A stretch of DNA of 51,565 nucleotides, taken from positions 1 to 51,565 of the forward strand of contig CAIMGI010000082.1 of NCBI GenBank assembly GCA_903840505.1. The letters run 5' to 3'. The position numbers were made by a program, and so were the translations under genes. The stretch's first letter is position 1; every line of letters begins with the position of its first letter. Source of the DNA: an uncultured Bacteroidota bacterium. GTDB taxonomy: Bacteria > Bacteroidota > Bacteroidia > UBA4408. Under the pieces are notes generated by a model. The model was not told the DNA's origin and ran no database searches. It saw only the letters and a program-made list of their open reading frames with translations. Positions 18,260 to 27,719 of this stretch are shown one piece after another.

Positions 18260-18945
18260 TTATTTTTTAAAACTATTTCCTCTCCAATATTCATTAATAT
18301 TAGTTTTTTGCCGCTATTGTGAAATTTATCAATAGCCTCTTTTTTATCAATCACTATATAGCCAAAAGTATCGTAATGCAATCCAATAATGGTATTGCAT
18401 TTAATAAAATCAGATGCAATTATTGCATTGTCTACACCCATTGTAAAATTATCGCCAATAGGAAGAAGGGCAAAATCTAATTTTCTAAACTCCCCAATTA
18501 ATTTCATATCATAGGTTAATGCTGTATCACCTGAGTAGTAAAAACTTCCTTTGTCCGATTCAATAATAAAGCCCATAGCGGTTCCACCATATGTACCATC
18601 CGGTAAACTACTTGAATGTTCTGCTGAAACACACTTCACTTTACCAAATTCAAACATCCACTTACCTCCAACATTCATTGGGTGAGTAGAATCCACTCCT
18701 TGCTTATTGAGCCAATTATGTATTTCCCAAGCACAAACAACTTTTGCTCCTGAATGCATTGCTATTGCAACAGCATCGGCAATATGGTCCTCGTGACCAT
18801 GGGATATTAATATGTAATTTGGTTTGATACTTTTTATATCGATGTCTTTTGCTAAGGGGTTAGGGGAAATAAATGGATCGAACAATATTTTTGTTCCATT
18901 TATAGTAACCATAAAACAAGAGTGGCCGTAGTATGTTATTTGCAT
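18256..18945 (-). CDS. Metal-dependent hydrolase (metallo-beta-lactamase fold, UPF0173-like)
   Basis: YYGHSCF, DPFI, SHGHEDH, HSSS, SGDT, LPIGDNFTMG and HYDTF. Confidence 0.9.
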   Translation of the reverse strand: MQITYYGHSCFMVTINGTKILFDPFISPNPLAKDIDIKSIKPNYILISHGHEDHIADAVAIAMHSGAKVVCAWEIHNWLNKQGVDSTHPMNVGGKWMFEFGKVKCVSAEHSSSLPDGTYGGTAMGFIIESDKGSFYYSGDTALTYDMKLIGEFRKLDFALLPIGDNFTMGVDNAIIASDFIKCNTIIGLHYDTFGYIVIDKKEAIDKFHNSGKKLILMNIGEEIVLKNK

Positions 18946-19069
18946 AAATAATTGTTACTTTGTTGTGAAAAATACAATATAAGCGACTGTTAAAATTAAG
19001 GCTTATTGCCGATTTTTAGGCGTAAAATGCATTATTTATTTAAACAAATTTTTGTTGATAAAAGAGCCT

Positions 19070-19588
19070 ATGATAACTGTTATAAACGCAACCAATCGTC
19101 CCAATAATAACACGAAAATATTTTCAGCAATGTACCTTCAAATGCTTGAAAAGAAAGAAGTTAAGTCTCATTTGTTTTCTTTTGAAGACTTGCCTCAAGC
19201 AATTGATTTATTAGAACTTTATAGTCCTTCTAAAAATCTTTTTAAACAAATTGTTGACAAGTATATTATCTCTTCAGAGAAACTGGTGTTTATTATTCCT
19301 GAATATAATGGAAGTTATCCCGGAATATTAAAATTGTTTATTGATGCGTGTAACCCTGAAATATTCAAAAATAAGAAAATTGCAATGGTGGGAGTTGCTA
19401 CCGGTCGTGCAGGAAATATTAGGGGAATGGACGATTTAACAAATGTATTTCATTATTTAGGGGCACATATTTTACCTTATAAATTACCCATATCCTCTAT
19501 ACTTAAAATAATAGACAATAATACTTGCAGCGATGAGTCAACTATTGCAGCGATGAATAAACAAGTAAGTTTGCTAATTGATTTTTAA
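19070..19588 (+). CDS. NADPH-dependent FMN reductase
   Basis: TNRPNN and IIPEYNGSYPGILKLFID, G..GNIRG motifs; ATG 19070 preferred. Confidence 0.88.
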   Translation: MITVINATNRPNNNTKIFSAMYLQMLEKKEVKSHLFSFEDLPQAIDLLELYSPSKNLFKQIVDKYIISSEKLVFIIPEYNGSYPGILKLFIDACNPEIFKNKKIAMVGVATGRAGNIRGMDDLTNVFHYLGAHILPYKLPISSILKIIDNNTCSDESTIAAMNKQVSLLIDF

Positions 19589-20034
19589 TGGAAATACTGC
19601 TTTTTTATTGTTGTAATAATACTTGCCAGGCTTCTTCTATTTATTGGGGAATACTGTTTATTAAAATAATTATTTTACTGTTTTTTTCAATTTTATTCAT
19701 TCAATCGGGTTGGGATAAAGTAAAAAATCATCAAGAAAATTTGTCGTGGCTTATTTCCTTTTTTAAGCAATCAATCTTTAAAGGCAGTGAGTTGATTCTA
19801 TTGTATCTGCTCACTTTTTTTGAGTTACTTGCCGCAGTACTTTCTTTTTTTTCAATTCCGTTACTGGTATTGGGAAATAGCCTAATTGGACAAGTAGCAC
19901 TTGCTTTTGCTGCCATTAGTTTCACAAGTATATTTTTGGGTCAGCGTGTTGCCAAAGATTATGTTGGCGCTACAGGAACAACAACTTACTTACTTTTTAC
20001 CCTTGCTTCAATGCTGGTATTTATTTTACTGTAA
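19588..20034 (+). CDS. DoxX-family membrane protein
   Basis: FIQSGWDKV...N..WL...F and FLGQRVAKDYVGA motifs; four hydrophobic segments. The exact start is uncertain. Confidence 0.75.
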   Translation: MEILLFYCCNNTCQASSIYWGILFIKIIILLFFSILFIQSGWDKVKNHQENLSWLISFFKQSIFKGSELILLYLLTFFELLAAVLSFFSIPLLVLGNSLIGQVALAFAAISFTSIFLGQRVAKDYVGATGTTTYLLFTLASMLVFILL

Positions 20035-20686
20035 GGCTGTATTGTATTAAATTAGCACCCATTTTTAATGCTTTTATATGCGATTCGGGTGAATCTTTAT
20101 GCACCTCAAAGTCTTCCCAGCCATCACCTAAATCACATTCGTAGCTATAAAAGCAAACCAATCTGCCTTCATATATTAATCCAAAGCCTTGCGGTGGCTT
20201 GTCTTCGTGTTCGTGTATTTTTGGGAGGCCATTATTGAAATCATATTTTTGGTGATAAATTGGGTGGTTGAAAGGCAATTCTACAAAATCAAGTTCGGGA
20301 AATACTTTCTTGAGTTGTGGTCGCACAAATTTATCCAGTCCATAGTTATCATCAATGTGCAAAAAGCCACCGGCAATCAGGTAGTTACGAATGTTTTCCG
20401 CTTCTTGATTTGAAAAAACTATATTACCGTGCCCGGTTATATGAACAAAGGGATAATTAAATAGCTCGCTGCTACCTGCTTCTACAATTCCTTGTTCACT
20501 GTTAATATTTGTTTTTAGATTTTCGTTACAAAACTTTATAAGATTAGGTAAAGAAGTTTCAATATTCGCATACCAATCACCTCCACCATTGTATTTTAAT
20601 AATGCAATTTGATAAGAGGGAATAGAAGAAATTGTAAATGAAAACAATCCAACAAGTAAAAGAAGGAATAAAATTCTTTTTATCAT
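20021..20686 (-). CDS. DUF4159-domain secreted protein
   Basis: LKYNGGGDWY, HITGHGN, GGFLHIDDNY, LPKIHEH and DLGDGWED. ATG 20686 begins a signal peptide (MIKRILFLLLL). Confidence 0.85.
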   Translation of the reverse strand: MIKRILFLLLLVGLFSFTISSIPSYQIALLKYNGGGDWYANIETSLPNLIKFCNENLKTNINSEQGIVEAGSSELFNYPFVHITGHGNIVFSNQEAENIRNYLIAGGFLHIDDNYGLDKFVRPQLKKVFPELDFVELPFNHPIYHQKYDFNNGLPKIHEHEDKPPQGFGLIYEGRLVCFYSYECDLGDGWEDFEVHKDSPESHIKALKMGANLIQYSLTVK

Positions 20687-20690
20687 CCTA

Positions 20691-20698
20691 CAAATATA
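20691..20698 (-). promoter_or_regulatory. -7 element (TATATTTG) 4 nt before the DUF4159 ATG
   Basis: Exact TAnnTTTG on the minus strand, lying downstream of the terminator of the preceding gene. Confidence 0.6.
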
Positions 20699-20724
20699 GA
20701 GGTAAAAGGTTATTCTTGTAAAAT

Positions 20725-20755
20725 AAAAAAGCCCCACAATTTGTGGGGCTTTTTA
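20725..20755 (-). terminator. Intrinsic terminator after the Thr-rich lipoprotein gene
   Basis: AAAAAAGCCCCACAA-T-TTGTGGGGCTTTTT inverted repeat with A/T tracts. Confidence 0.88.
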
Positions 20756-20773
20756 TTTATTTAATGAGTGGGA

Positions 20774-21619
20774 TTACTGAGCCCAAGTCATTGTAGTTTC
20801 GCTAGAATCATCACCGTTTGAAGTTTGAGATACAGTAACACCACCTTGAGTTTGTGAGTTAGTTCCTGTAGAAGTTCCTTTGTCAGAACGGATAACTTTC
20901 ATTTCTTTATTATGTAAACGAACCAATTTCCAAATAGAAACCATTTCATTTACTTGAGCAGTGTTCTTGTTAGTCCAGTTGCTTGTAGTAGTTGTAGTAG
21001 TTGTAGTTCCTGAGTTACCTTGGTTGTCAGTGTTAACGCTAGAAGTAGCTACAGTCCAATCATCGCTCAAAGTAGAAACCGAAATTTCTTCTTTGTTCTT
21101 AGTATCGTCTTGGATTTTACCTAAGAAGTTCCAAACACCAGAAGTTTTTACTGTATAAGTTTTAGTAATATCATCCTTGTCAACACTTCCTGCAGGCATA
21201 CCTTGAACACCAGCTAAGTTATCAATTGTTTCTTTTGTAACGTAGTTCATTTCTGCAGTCCAAGTTCCAGCTTTATCAAATGTGATAGAGTATTTAGATA
21301 CAGTACCTGTTAAAGTTTGGTTTGTAATAACTGAAGTAGCACCACAAGTAACAGTATTTGATCCTGTATAACCATATGTAGTAGCTGAAATAGTTTCAGT
21401 TCCTGTAGATTTGTTTGTTCCAACAACGTTGTTTCCGCAGTTAAAGCTGTTGTCGTTATTAGTTGTAACCGTCTTTAAATCTACGATATTCCAAGTTCCT
21501 TCAACTCTTGCTTTACGTGAGCTAAATGGCATTCCTGGATCCTCAGCTCCTTTTTTACAAGCAGGTAATACTGCAGCAGCAGCTAATAATACCAATAAAC
21601 TTTTTTGAATTTTTTTCAT
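20774..21619 (-). CDS. Thr-rich hypothetical lipoprotein (possibly lipocalin-like beta fold)
   Basis: Lipobox LPAC-KK, a G-T-W motif near the N-terminus (RVEGTWNI), beta-strand-like alternation, run of 8 Thr. Confidence 0.8.
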   Translation of the reverse strand: MKKIQKSLLVLLAAAAVLPACKKGAEDPGMPFSSRKARVEGTWNIVDLKTVTTNNDNSFNCGNNVVGTNKSTGTETISATTYGYTGSNTVTCGATSVITNQTLTGTVSKYSITFDKAGTWTAEMNYVTKETIDNLAGVQGMPAGSVDKDDITKTYTVKTSGVWNFLGKIQDDTKNKEEISVSTLSDDWTVATSSVNTDNQGNSGTTTTTTTTSNWTNKNTAQVNEMVSIWKLVRLHNKEMKVIRSDKGTSTGTNSQTQGGVTVSQTSNGDDSSETTMTWAQ

Positions 21620-21665
21620 TTGTTGTTTTTTTTAGTTTTTGATTAGTTGTTTTAAAAATCTTGCG

Positions 21666-21673
21666 CAAAGATA
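21666..21673 (-). promoter_or_regulatory. -7 element (TATCTTTG) for the Thr-rich lipoprotein
   Basis: Exact TAnnTTTG about 46 nt upstream of the ATG. Confidence 0.65.
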
Positions 21674-21763
21674 CGATGCTTTTTTTACTTACTCCAAATA
21701 TTTTTCAGTAAATATGAAAATATTCTTACCAAATAATAGTGTATTGTCTTGATAATTAAATTA

Positions 21764-22624
21764 TTAAAAATAAAAGTTGATGCTTAGTTGGCCACCGTTG
21801 TTATCGGTATCAATTCCTAAACTGGAACCTCCTCCGTTTATTAAACGTTTTGATTTTGAGCTGCTTGACCCAATGTCCCACGATTGTTGAGCACTATATC
21901 CATCATTTGTCGTTGTATACATTAAAGTTATTCCTAGTTCAGCTGCAATTGAAAATTTTGGCAGGATAAAATACTCTGCACCAATAAATCCTCTTGCTCC
22001 AATTCCAAAACTAGTCCCCTGTTTTGTTTCGGTTATTCTCGTAAGGCTTGAAGATGAAGTATAACCTCCGGATGGTATTGGTGCCGAAAAGTCGGTACTT
22101 GTTACCGAAACGTGTGTACTCGAATAGTCGTTGCCATAATTTATTTTTGTTTTACCGGTTGAAACCAATAACACTCCTTCAGCACCATAAAGTCCTTGTA
22201 ACCTGGTTTTTCCTTTTCTTTTTTCAACACCAAAAGACAAAGTGACATTTGCTGAAGTTGTTTTTTTTGAATCTTGCGTATAAACAGTATCAGTTGTTGA
22301 ATTTAATTCATCCACAACCGAGTTTCTAACAGTATTTGAAAGTGCAGCCAATCGTACCCTACCTCTATAGCATTTCTGATCTGCCGTAAAATACTTTCCA
22401 TTAATCGCCAGAGGAAAAGCAGATGGGTTAGATACATTGGGTGAAGTAGAGCCGGCAGTAGATAATAATCTCCCTGTATAGTTTAAAAATGGAACAGCAT
22501 CAATGCCAACTGACCAATCACCCTTTTCCGGGAGGTATTTCTCACCTTTTTTGGAAAGTAGTTCTTGAGAAAATAGTTGCGTAATGCTTAAAATAAATGC
22601 AATAGTTAAGGTTATTTGTTTCAT
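21764..22624 (-). CDS. Outer-membrane beta-barrel protein
   Basis: Signal peptide from ATG 22624 (MKQITL...LFS-Q); amphipathic strands (GARGFIGAEYF..PKFSIAAELG); C-terminal aromatic motif LSINFYF. Confidence 0.78.
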   Translation of the reverse strand: MKQITLTIAFILSITQLFSQELLSKKGEKYLPEKGDWSVGIDAVPFLNYTGRLLSTAGSTSPNVSNPSAFPLAINGKYFTADQKCYRGRVRLAALSNTVRNSVVDELNSTTDTVYTQDSKKTTSANVTLSFGVEKRKGKTRLQGLYGAEGVLLVSTGKTKINYGNDYSSTHVSVTSTDFSAPIPSGGYTSSSSLTRITETKQGTSFGIGARGFIGAEYFILPKFSIAAELGITLMYTTTNDGYSAQQSWDIGSSSSKSKRLINGGGSSLGIDTDNNGGQLSINFYF

Positions 22625-22667
22625 TGATTCTGTTTTTAAAACCGTATTATAACGTATATTTTTTTGT

Positions 22668-23312
22668 TTATTGTGCTTTTTGTTCAAGTAATGGAACAAA
22701 TTTAAAGTCCCCGTGTTCTTTTGTTGCGAATGAATTCTCAGCCGTTTTTAGCAATGAAAACATTTGTTGCACTTTACCATCTCCAACAGGGATAATAAGT
22801 GTTCCTCCAATTTTAAGTTGCTCTTTCAAAGCTTCTGGAATAAAAGGCGCCCCTGCTGTAACTATTATTTTGTCGAAAGGTGCAAAAGAAGGTAAGCCCT
22901 TATAGCCATCTCCAAAAAATAATTTTGGACTGTAGCCCAAGCTGGGTAATAAGTGCTTCGTTTTGTCGTAAAGTGATTTTTGCCGTTCAACACTAAACAC
23001 TTTTGCACCTAAAAAGCACAATATGGAAGTTTGATAGCCACATCCTGTACCAATTTCCAATACTTTTTCTCCTTTTTTAATTTGGAGGAGCTGACTTTGA
23101 AATGCTACTGTGTAAGGGTGTGAAATAGTTTGACCTGCCCCAATAGGAAAGGCTTTATCCTGATACGCAAATTCTAAAAACGCATTGTCAAGAAATAAGT
23201 GCCGCGGCACCGATTCAAGTGCAGCAATAACCTCACTATCATAAATACCCTTTTCGGTTATTTCTGCTACCATCTGCTTCCGCATTCCCTTGTGCCTAAA
23301 AGTATCTATCAC
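22668..23312 (-). CDS. pcm: Protein-L-isoaspartate O-methyltransferase
   Basis: VPRHLF, GQTISHPYTVA, VLEIGTGCGYQ and APFDKIIVTAGA; GTG start. Confidence 0.95.
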   Translation of the reverse strand: MIDTFRHKGMRKQMVAEITEKGIYDSEVIAALESVPRHLFLDNAFLEFAYQDKAFPIGAGQTISHPYTVAFQSQLLQIKKGEKVLEIGTGCGYQTSILCFLGAKVFSVERQKSLYDKTKHLLPSLGYSPKLFFGDGYKGLPSFAPFDKIIVTAGAPFIPEALKEQLKIGGTLIIPVGDGKVQQMFSLLKTAENSFATKEHGDFKFVPLLEQKAQ

Positions 23313-23340
23313 GTCCTCTTTTTTAGTTTAACTCAACATA

Positions 23341-23422
23341 CAAACATATATAAACTAACAATTAGTTGCTAATAAAAAACCAGAGGTTACTAAAAACTAA
23401 TTGTTAATAGCGCATACTTTTG
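23341..23422. promoter_or_regulatory. Divergent promoter pair (TATGTTTG on minus at 23341-23348; TACTTTTG on plus at 23415-23422)
   Basis: Two exact TAnnTTTG motifs facing pcm and the Gfo/Idh/MocA gene. Confidence 0.65.
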
Positions 23423-23439
23423 TCTAAAACAGATGTAAA

Positions 23440-24426
23440 ATGAAAATAGGGGTATTGGGTGCAGGTCACTTAGGAAAAATTCACATTCGTATATTGAAAG
23501 AAATAATTGAATTTGATTTGGTTGGTTTTTATGATTCTGATGAAAAAAATGCCGCTTCTATATCAAAGGAATTTGATATAAAGGCTTTTTCTTCCATCGA
23601 TGAGTTGATTGATGCAGTTGATGCAGTTGATATTGTTACGCCAACACTTACGCATTATGATTGTGCAGTAAGGGCATTAAAAAAGAGCAAACATATATTT
23701 ATTGAGAAGCCTATAACCAATACTATAGAAGAGGCAAAACACCTTATTTCTCTTTCTCTTGAGGCCGATGTGAAAGGTCAAGTGGGTCACGTTGAGCGAT
23801 TTAACCCGGCATTTATAGCTGCAAAACCTTATTGTTCCAGTCCAATGTTTATCGAAACGCATCGATTGGCACAATTTAATCCTAGAGGAACAGATGTTTC
23901 TGTGGTGCTCGATTTGATGATTCACGATATAGACATTATCTTAAGTATTGTAAAATCGAATATTAAAAAGATTAGTGCAAGTGGTGTTGCAGTAGTAAGT
24001 GATACCCCCGATATTGCAAATGCGAGGATTGAATTTGATAATGGTTGTGTTGCAAATCTAACCGCAAGTAGGATATCGATGAAAAATATGAGAAAATCGC
24101 GCTTTTTTCAGCGGGATGCATACATTTCTGTCGATTTTTTGGAAAAGGAAGTCAGTGTTGTAAAACTCAAGTCGATTAATGGCGAGGCCGATCCTTTGGC
24201 TGTTGTGATTGATTTAGGGAAAGGGAAAGGACAAAAGCAGATATATTTTGATAAACCAAGCATTCAGCCAATTAATGCAATTAAAACAGAATTGGAGTAT
24301 TTTTATGAATCCATTAAAAATGATACCGTTCCACCTGTAAGTCTTGATGATGGTTATAAAGCCCTGGATGTTGCCTACAAAATAATTGAAAAATTAAAAT
24401 TAACTTCACAACTTTTAGATTCGTAA
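23440..24426 (+). CDS. Gfo/Idh/MocA family oxidoreductase
   Basis: GAGHLG, FIEKP, VGHVERFNPA and LDLMIHDID. Confidence 0.92.
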   Translation: MKIGVLGAGHLGKIHIRILKEIIEFDLVGFYDSDEKNAASISKEFDIKAFSSIDELIDAVDAVDIVTPTLTHYDCAVRALKKSKHIFIEKPITNTIEEAKHLISLSLEADVKGQVGHVERFNPAFIAAKPYCSSPMFIETHRLAQFNPRGTDVSVVLDLMIHDIDIILSIVKSNIKKISASGVAVVSDTPDIANARIEFDNGCVANLTASRISMKNMRKSRFFQRDAYISVDFLEKEVSVVKLKSINGEADPLAVVIDLGKGKGQKQIYFDKPSIQPINAIKTELEYFYESIKNDTVPPVSLDDGYKALDVAYKIIEKLKLTSQLLDS

Positions 24427-24488
24427 CACAATAAAATGCAATATTTGTCGTTGCAAGTGTGTTATTGGTAATTTTGTGAAGTTAATAG

Positions 24489-25370
24489 ATGAGGAAATTT
24501 TTACGTAAGAGTATTTTTTTTGTTGGTTTTTCTGTTTTTTTATTCGCCTGTGATAAAAGTGTAGATGTACCATCCTACATAGTTATTGATAAGATTGATT
24601 TAACAGTCGATTATGCAACACAAGGCAGTGATTCAAAAGATATAACAGACGCTTGGGTTTATATTGATAATAAAGCCATTGGGGTATTTCAGTTACCTGC
24701 CAAATTTCCGGTTTTAAAAGAAGGTGAACATACTATTGATGTAAGTCCCGGCATTAAGCTCAGTGGTGTTAGCGAAACGCGTGCTCCATACCCTTTTTAT
24801 ACAATTTATACTCAACAGGTTAGTCTAACAAAAGGCGAAATAACGGTTGTTAAGCCAACAGTAAGCTATACTGCCTTTGCAAAATTTGCCTGGCTGGAAG
24901 ATTTTGAAAGCCCAGGAATAACAATGACCAAAACTACACGAAGCGATACAAACCTTAATGTAATAAGCTTAGTAAGTGATGTATTTGAAGGCAATAAAAG
25001 TGGGGCTAGTTTTTTGAGTGCTTCACAAAGCAGAACAAGGTTGGAGCTAAAATCAAACGATGCTTTTGTACTTCCAACTGCAGGCTCAAATGTATTTTTG
25101 GAGTTAAACTATAAAGTAAGTGAGACAGTTGCTGTAGGGGTTTATGCGAATACTCCTTCAGAATCTATTCAGCAAACTGCCGTTTATTTGAAAACAACCG
25201 CAAATAGTTCAGGAAATTTAGAATGGAAAAAAATATACATCAATTTATCTAGTGTTGTAAGTCCCCAAACTTCTGCCAAGGATTTTAATATTTTTATTTA
25301 TGCCGAAACTTCTCCTGAAGTACCCGAACCTGCATTTTATTTTGATAATATAAAGTTGGTATATCAGTAG
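24489..25370 (+). CDS. Hypothetical lipoprotein
   Basis: Lipobox LFAC-DK; ITDAWVY, EDFE, WKKIYINL and FDNIKLV blocks; TAATTTTG motif at 24469-24476. Confidence 0.8.
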   Translation: MRKFLRKSIFFVGFSVFLFACDKSVDVPSYIVIDKIDLTVDYATQGSDSKDITDAWVYIDNKAIGVFQLPAKFPVLKEGEHTIDVSPGIKLSGVSETRAPYPFYTIYTQQVSLTKGEITVVKPTVSYTAFAKFAWLEDFESPGITMTKTTRSDTNLNVISLVSDVFEGNKSGASFLSASQSRTRLELKSNDAFVLPTAGSNVFLELNYKVSETVAVGVYANTPSESIQQTAVYLKTTANSSGNLEWKKIYINLSSVVSPQTSAKDFNIFIYAETSPEVPEPAFYFDNIKLVYQ

Positions 25371-25371
25371 T

Positions 25372-26796
25372 ATGAATAAACGTTTACAAACCATACTTTA
25401 TATTTTATCCGATTATATAACGGCATCTGCTTCGTGGGCCTGTTTTTTTGTTTTTAGGAAGTTGTATATTGAAATAGGTCAAGAAGGTGTTCACGCTCCC
25501 ATTGAGTTCAATGACACTTTTTACAAAGGCTTAATTTCAATTCCTTTTTTTTGGCTACTCCTATATGCCATAACAGGATACTATAAATCACCATTTCGAA
25601 AATCCAGATTAATTGAACTTGGTCAAACTATTTCAATTACTTTCATAGGAGTAATAATTTTGTTTTTTGCCTTATTGCTCGATGATTTTATTAATTCCTA
25701 TAAGGCTTACTACCAATCTTTTTTGTCACTTTTTTTTATTCATCTTTTTATTACTTATTTTTTTCGTTTTTGTATTACAACCAATACTGTAAGGAAAATC
25801 CAAAGCCGCAGAATAGGGTTTAATACACTTATGATTGGTAGCAATACAAATGCATTGAACTTATACAATGAGATGCAGTCACAATCAAAATCATCGGGCA
25901 ATAAATTTATTGGCTTTGTGCATATTGAAAATAAAAATGGTAAAGGACATTTATTGAAAGAACAATTGCCTCACTTGGGTGAGTTTAGTGATTTGAAAAA
26001 TATAATAACCCAGAATAATGTAGAGGAAGTTATTGTAGCAATAGAATCGTGGGAACACGAGTTTATTGGAAAAATAATAAATGAGCTGCAAGAATATTCA
26101 ACCATTATTATAAAAGTTATACCCGATATGTATGATATTTTATCGGGATCGGTAAAAATGAATTCTATTTTTGGCGCTCCGCTTATTGAAATATCTCACC
26201 ACATTATGCCAACCTGGCAACAGGTAGCAAAACGGGTTATTGATGTGAGTGTGTCACTAATTGTGTTGATTTTATTTTCTCCTTTATACATTGTAATAGC
26301 CATTTTGGTTAAAAGCGGGTCGAAGGGACCTGCCTTGTATAACCACGAAAGAATTGGAATACACGGCAAGCCATTCAATATTTATAAATTCAGATCGATG
26401 TACATTGATGCTGAAAAAAATGGTCCTGCCTTATCGAGCAAAACCGATCCAAGAATTACCCCTTTTGGGAAATTTATGCGTAAAGTCAGGCTTGACGAGA
26501 TACCACAATTTTACAATGTATTGATAGGTGATATGAGTATTGTAGGACCCCGTCCTGAAAGACAATACTATATTGATTTAATTGTAAAACAAGCACCGCA
26601 TTATAGGCATTTATTAAAAGTAAGACCGGGAATAACTTCGTGGGGCCAAGTAAAATATGGATATGCCGAAACTGTTGAAGAAATGGTTCAACGATTAAAA
26701 TACGATGTATTGTATATTGAAAATATGAGTATTTTAGTGGACTTTAAAATATTAATATACACTGTATTGATTGTGGTACAGGGAAGAGGTAAATAA
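25372..26796 (+). CDS. Polyprenyl-phosphate glycosylphosphotransferase (WcaJ/WbaP-like sugar transferase)
   Basis: N-terminal TM helices; KRVIDV, YKFRSM, DPRIT, RLDEIPQFYNVL.GDMSIVGPRPE and RPGITSWGQV. Confidence 0.93.
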   Translation: MNKRLQTILYILSDYITASASWACFFVFRKLYIEIGQEGVHAPIEFNDTFYKGLISIPFFWLLLYAITGYYKSPFRKSRLIELGQTISITFIGVIILFFALLLDDFINSYKAYYQSFLSLFFIHLFITYFFRFCITTNTVRKIQSRRIGFNTLMIGSNTNALNLYNEMQSQSKSSGNKFIGFVHIENKNGKGHLLKEQLPHLGEFSDLKNIITQNNVEEVIVAIESWEHEFIGKIINELQEYSTIIIKVIPDMYDILSGSVKMNSIFGAPLIEISHHIMPTWQQVAKRVIDVSVSLIVLILFSPLYIVIAILVKSGSKGPALYNHERIGIHGKPFNIYKFRSMYIDAEKNGPALSSKTDPRITPFGKFMRKVRLDEIPQFYNVLIGDMSIVGPRPERQYYIDLIVKQAPHYRHLLKVRPGITSWGQVKYGYAETVEEMVQRLKYDVLYIENMSILVDFKILIYTVLIVVQGRGK

Positions 26797-26810
26797 ATTC
26801 AATTAAAATT

Positions 26811-27704
26811 ATGAAAAATATTGCAGTTATAGGATCAGGAACAATGGGTAATGGAATTGCTCATACATTTGCACAATGCGGTTATCAGGTAGCATTGATA
26901 GATATTTCACAACCTGCTTTGGATAAGGCATTGGCTACCATTTCAAAAAATTTAGATAGAATAATAGCAAAAGGAGCAATCACAGAATCGGATAAAACAG
27001 CAACCTTGTCAAACATAAAAACATTTACTTCTGTAGCAGATGGTGTTAAAAGTGCCGATTTAGTGGTTGAAGCAGCAACTGAAAATGTAGAAATAAAACT
27101 TAATATTTTCAGGGAATTGGATAAACTCTGTGGTGAAAATGCAATTTTGGCAAGCAACACATCTTCCATATCAATTACAAAAATTGGTGCAGTTACTAAA
27201 CGGCCCGACAAGGTAATTGGAATGCATTTTATGAATCCCGTTCCGGTAATGAAATTGGTGGAGGTTATTCGTGGATATTCAACCAGTGATTCTGTTACCA
27301 ATACCATTATGGATTTGTCGAAAAAATTAAACAAAGTACCTGTTGAAGTAAATGATTATCCCGGATTTGTGGCTAATAAAATACTAATGCCAATGATTAA
27401 TGAGGCCATCATTACTTTATACGAAGGCGTAGCGGGTGTTGAAGAAATTGATACCGTGATGAAGCTGGGTATGGCGCATCCAATGGGTCCCTTACAATTA
27501 GCCGATTTTATTGGTTTAGATGTATGTCTTTCTATTTTGAAAGTGTTACAAGATGGTTTTGGTAATCCGAAATATGCTCCTTGTCCTTTGTTGGTGAATA
27601 TGGTTATGGCTGGGAATTTAGGTGCTAAATCAGGACAGGGTTTTTATACCCATACAGCTGGCAGTAAAGATTTGGTAGTAGCCCCAAGTTTCCGAAAAGG
27701 CTAA
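26811..27704 (+). CDS. hbd: 3-hydroxybutyryl-CoA dehydrogenase
   Basis: GSGTMGNGIA, VEAATE, ASNTSSISI, GMHFMNP and HPMGPLQLADFIGLD. Confidence 0.9.
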   Translation: MKNIAVIGSGTMGNGIAHTFAQCGYQVALIDISQPALDKALATISKNLDRIIAKGAITESDKTATLSNIKTFTSVADGVKSADLVVEAATENVEIKLNIFRELDKLCGENAILASNTSSISITKIGAVTKRPDKVIGMHFMNPVPVMKLVEVIRGYSTSDSVTNTIMDLSKKLNKVPVEVNDYPGFVANKILMPMINEAIITLYEGVAGVEEIDTVMKLGMAHPMGPLQLADFIGLDVCLSILKVLQDGFGNPKYAPCPLLVNMVMAGNLGAKSGQGFYTHTAGSKDLVVAPSFRKG

Positions 27705-27719
27705 GTTCCGATAGTGGTA

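Noticed and set aside
18256-18945. Metallo-beta-lactamase resistance gene
   Set aside because: It has no signal peptide and its motifs fit the cytoplasmic UPF0173-like hydrolase commonly found beside parA.
16551-19050. parS sites or oriC near parAB
   Set aside because: I saw no TGTTTCACGTGAAACA-like palindrome or DnaA-box cluster by eye; a motif scan would be needed to exclude degenerate sites.
22625-22699. N-terminal extension of the beta-barrel ORF overlapping pcm
   Set aside because: The signal peptide begins at ATG 22624; the extension is only an open-frame run-on.
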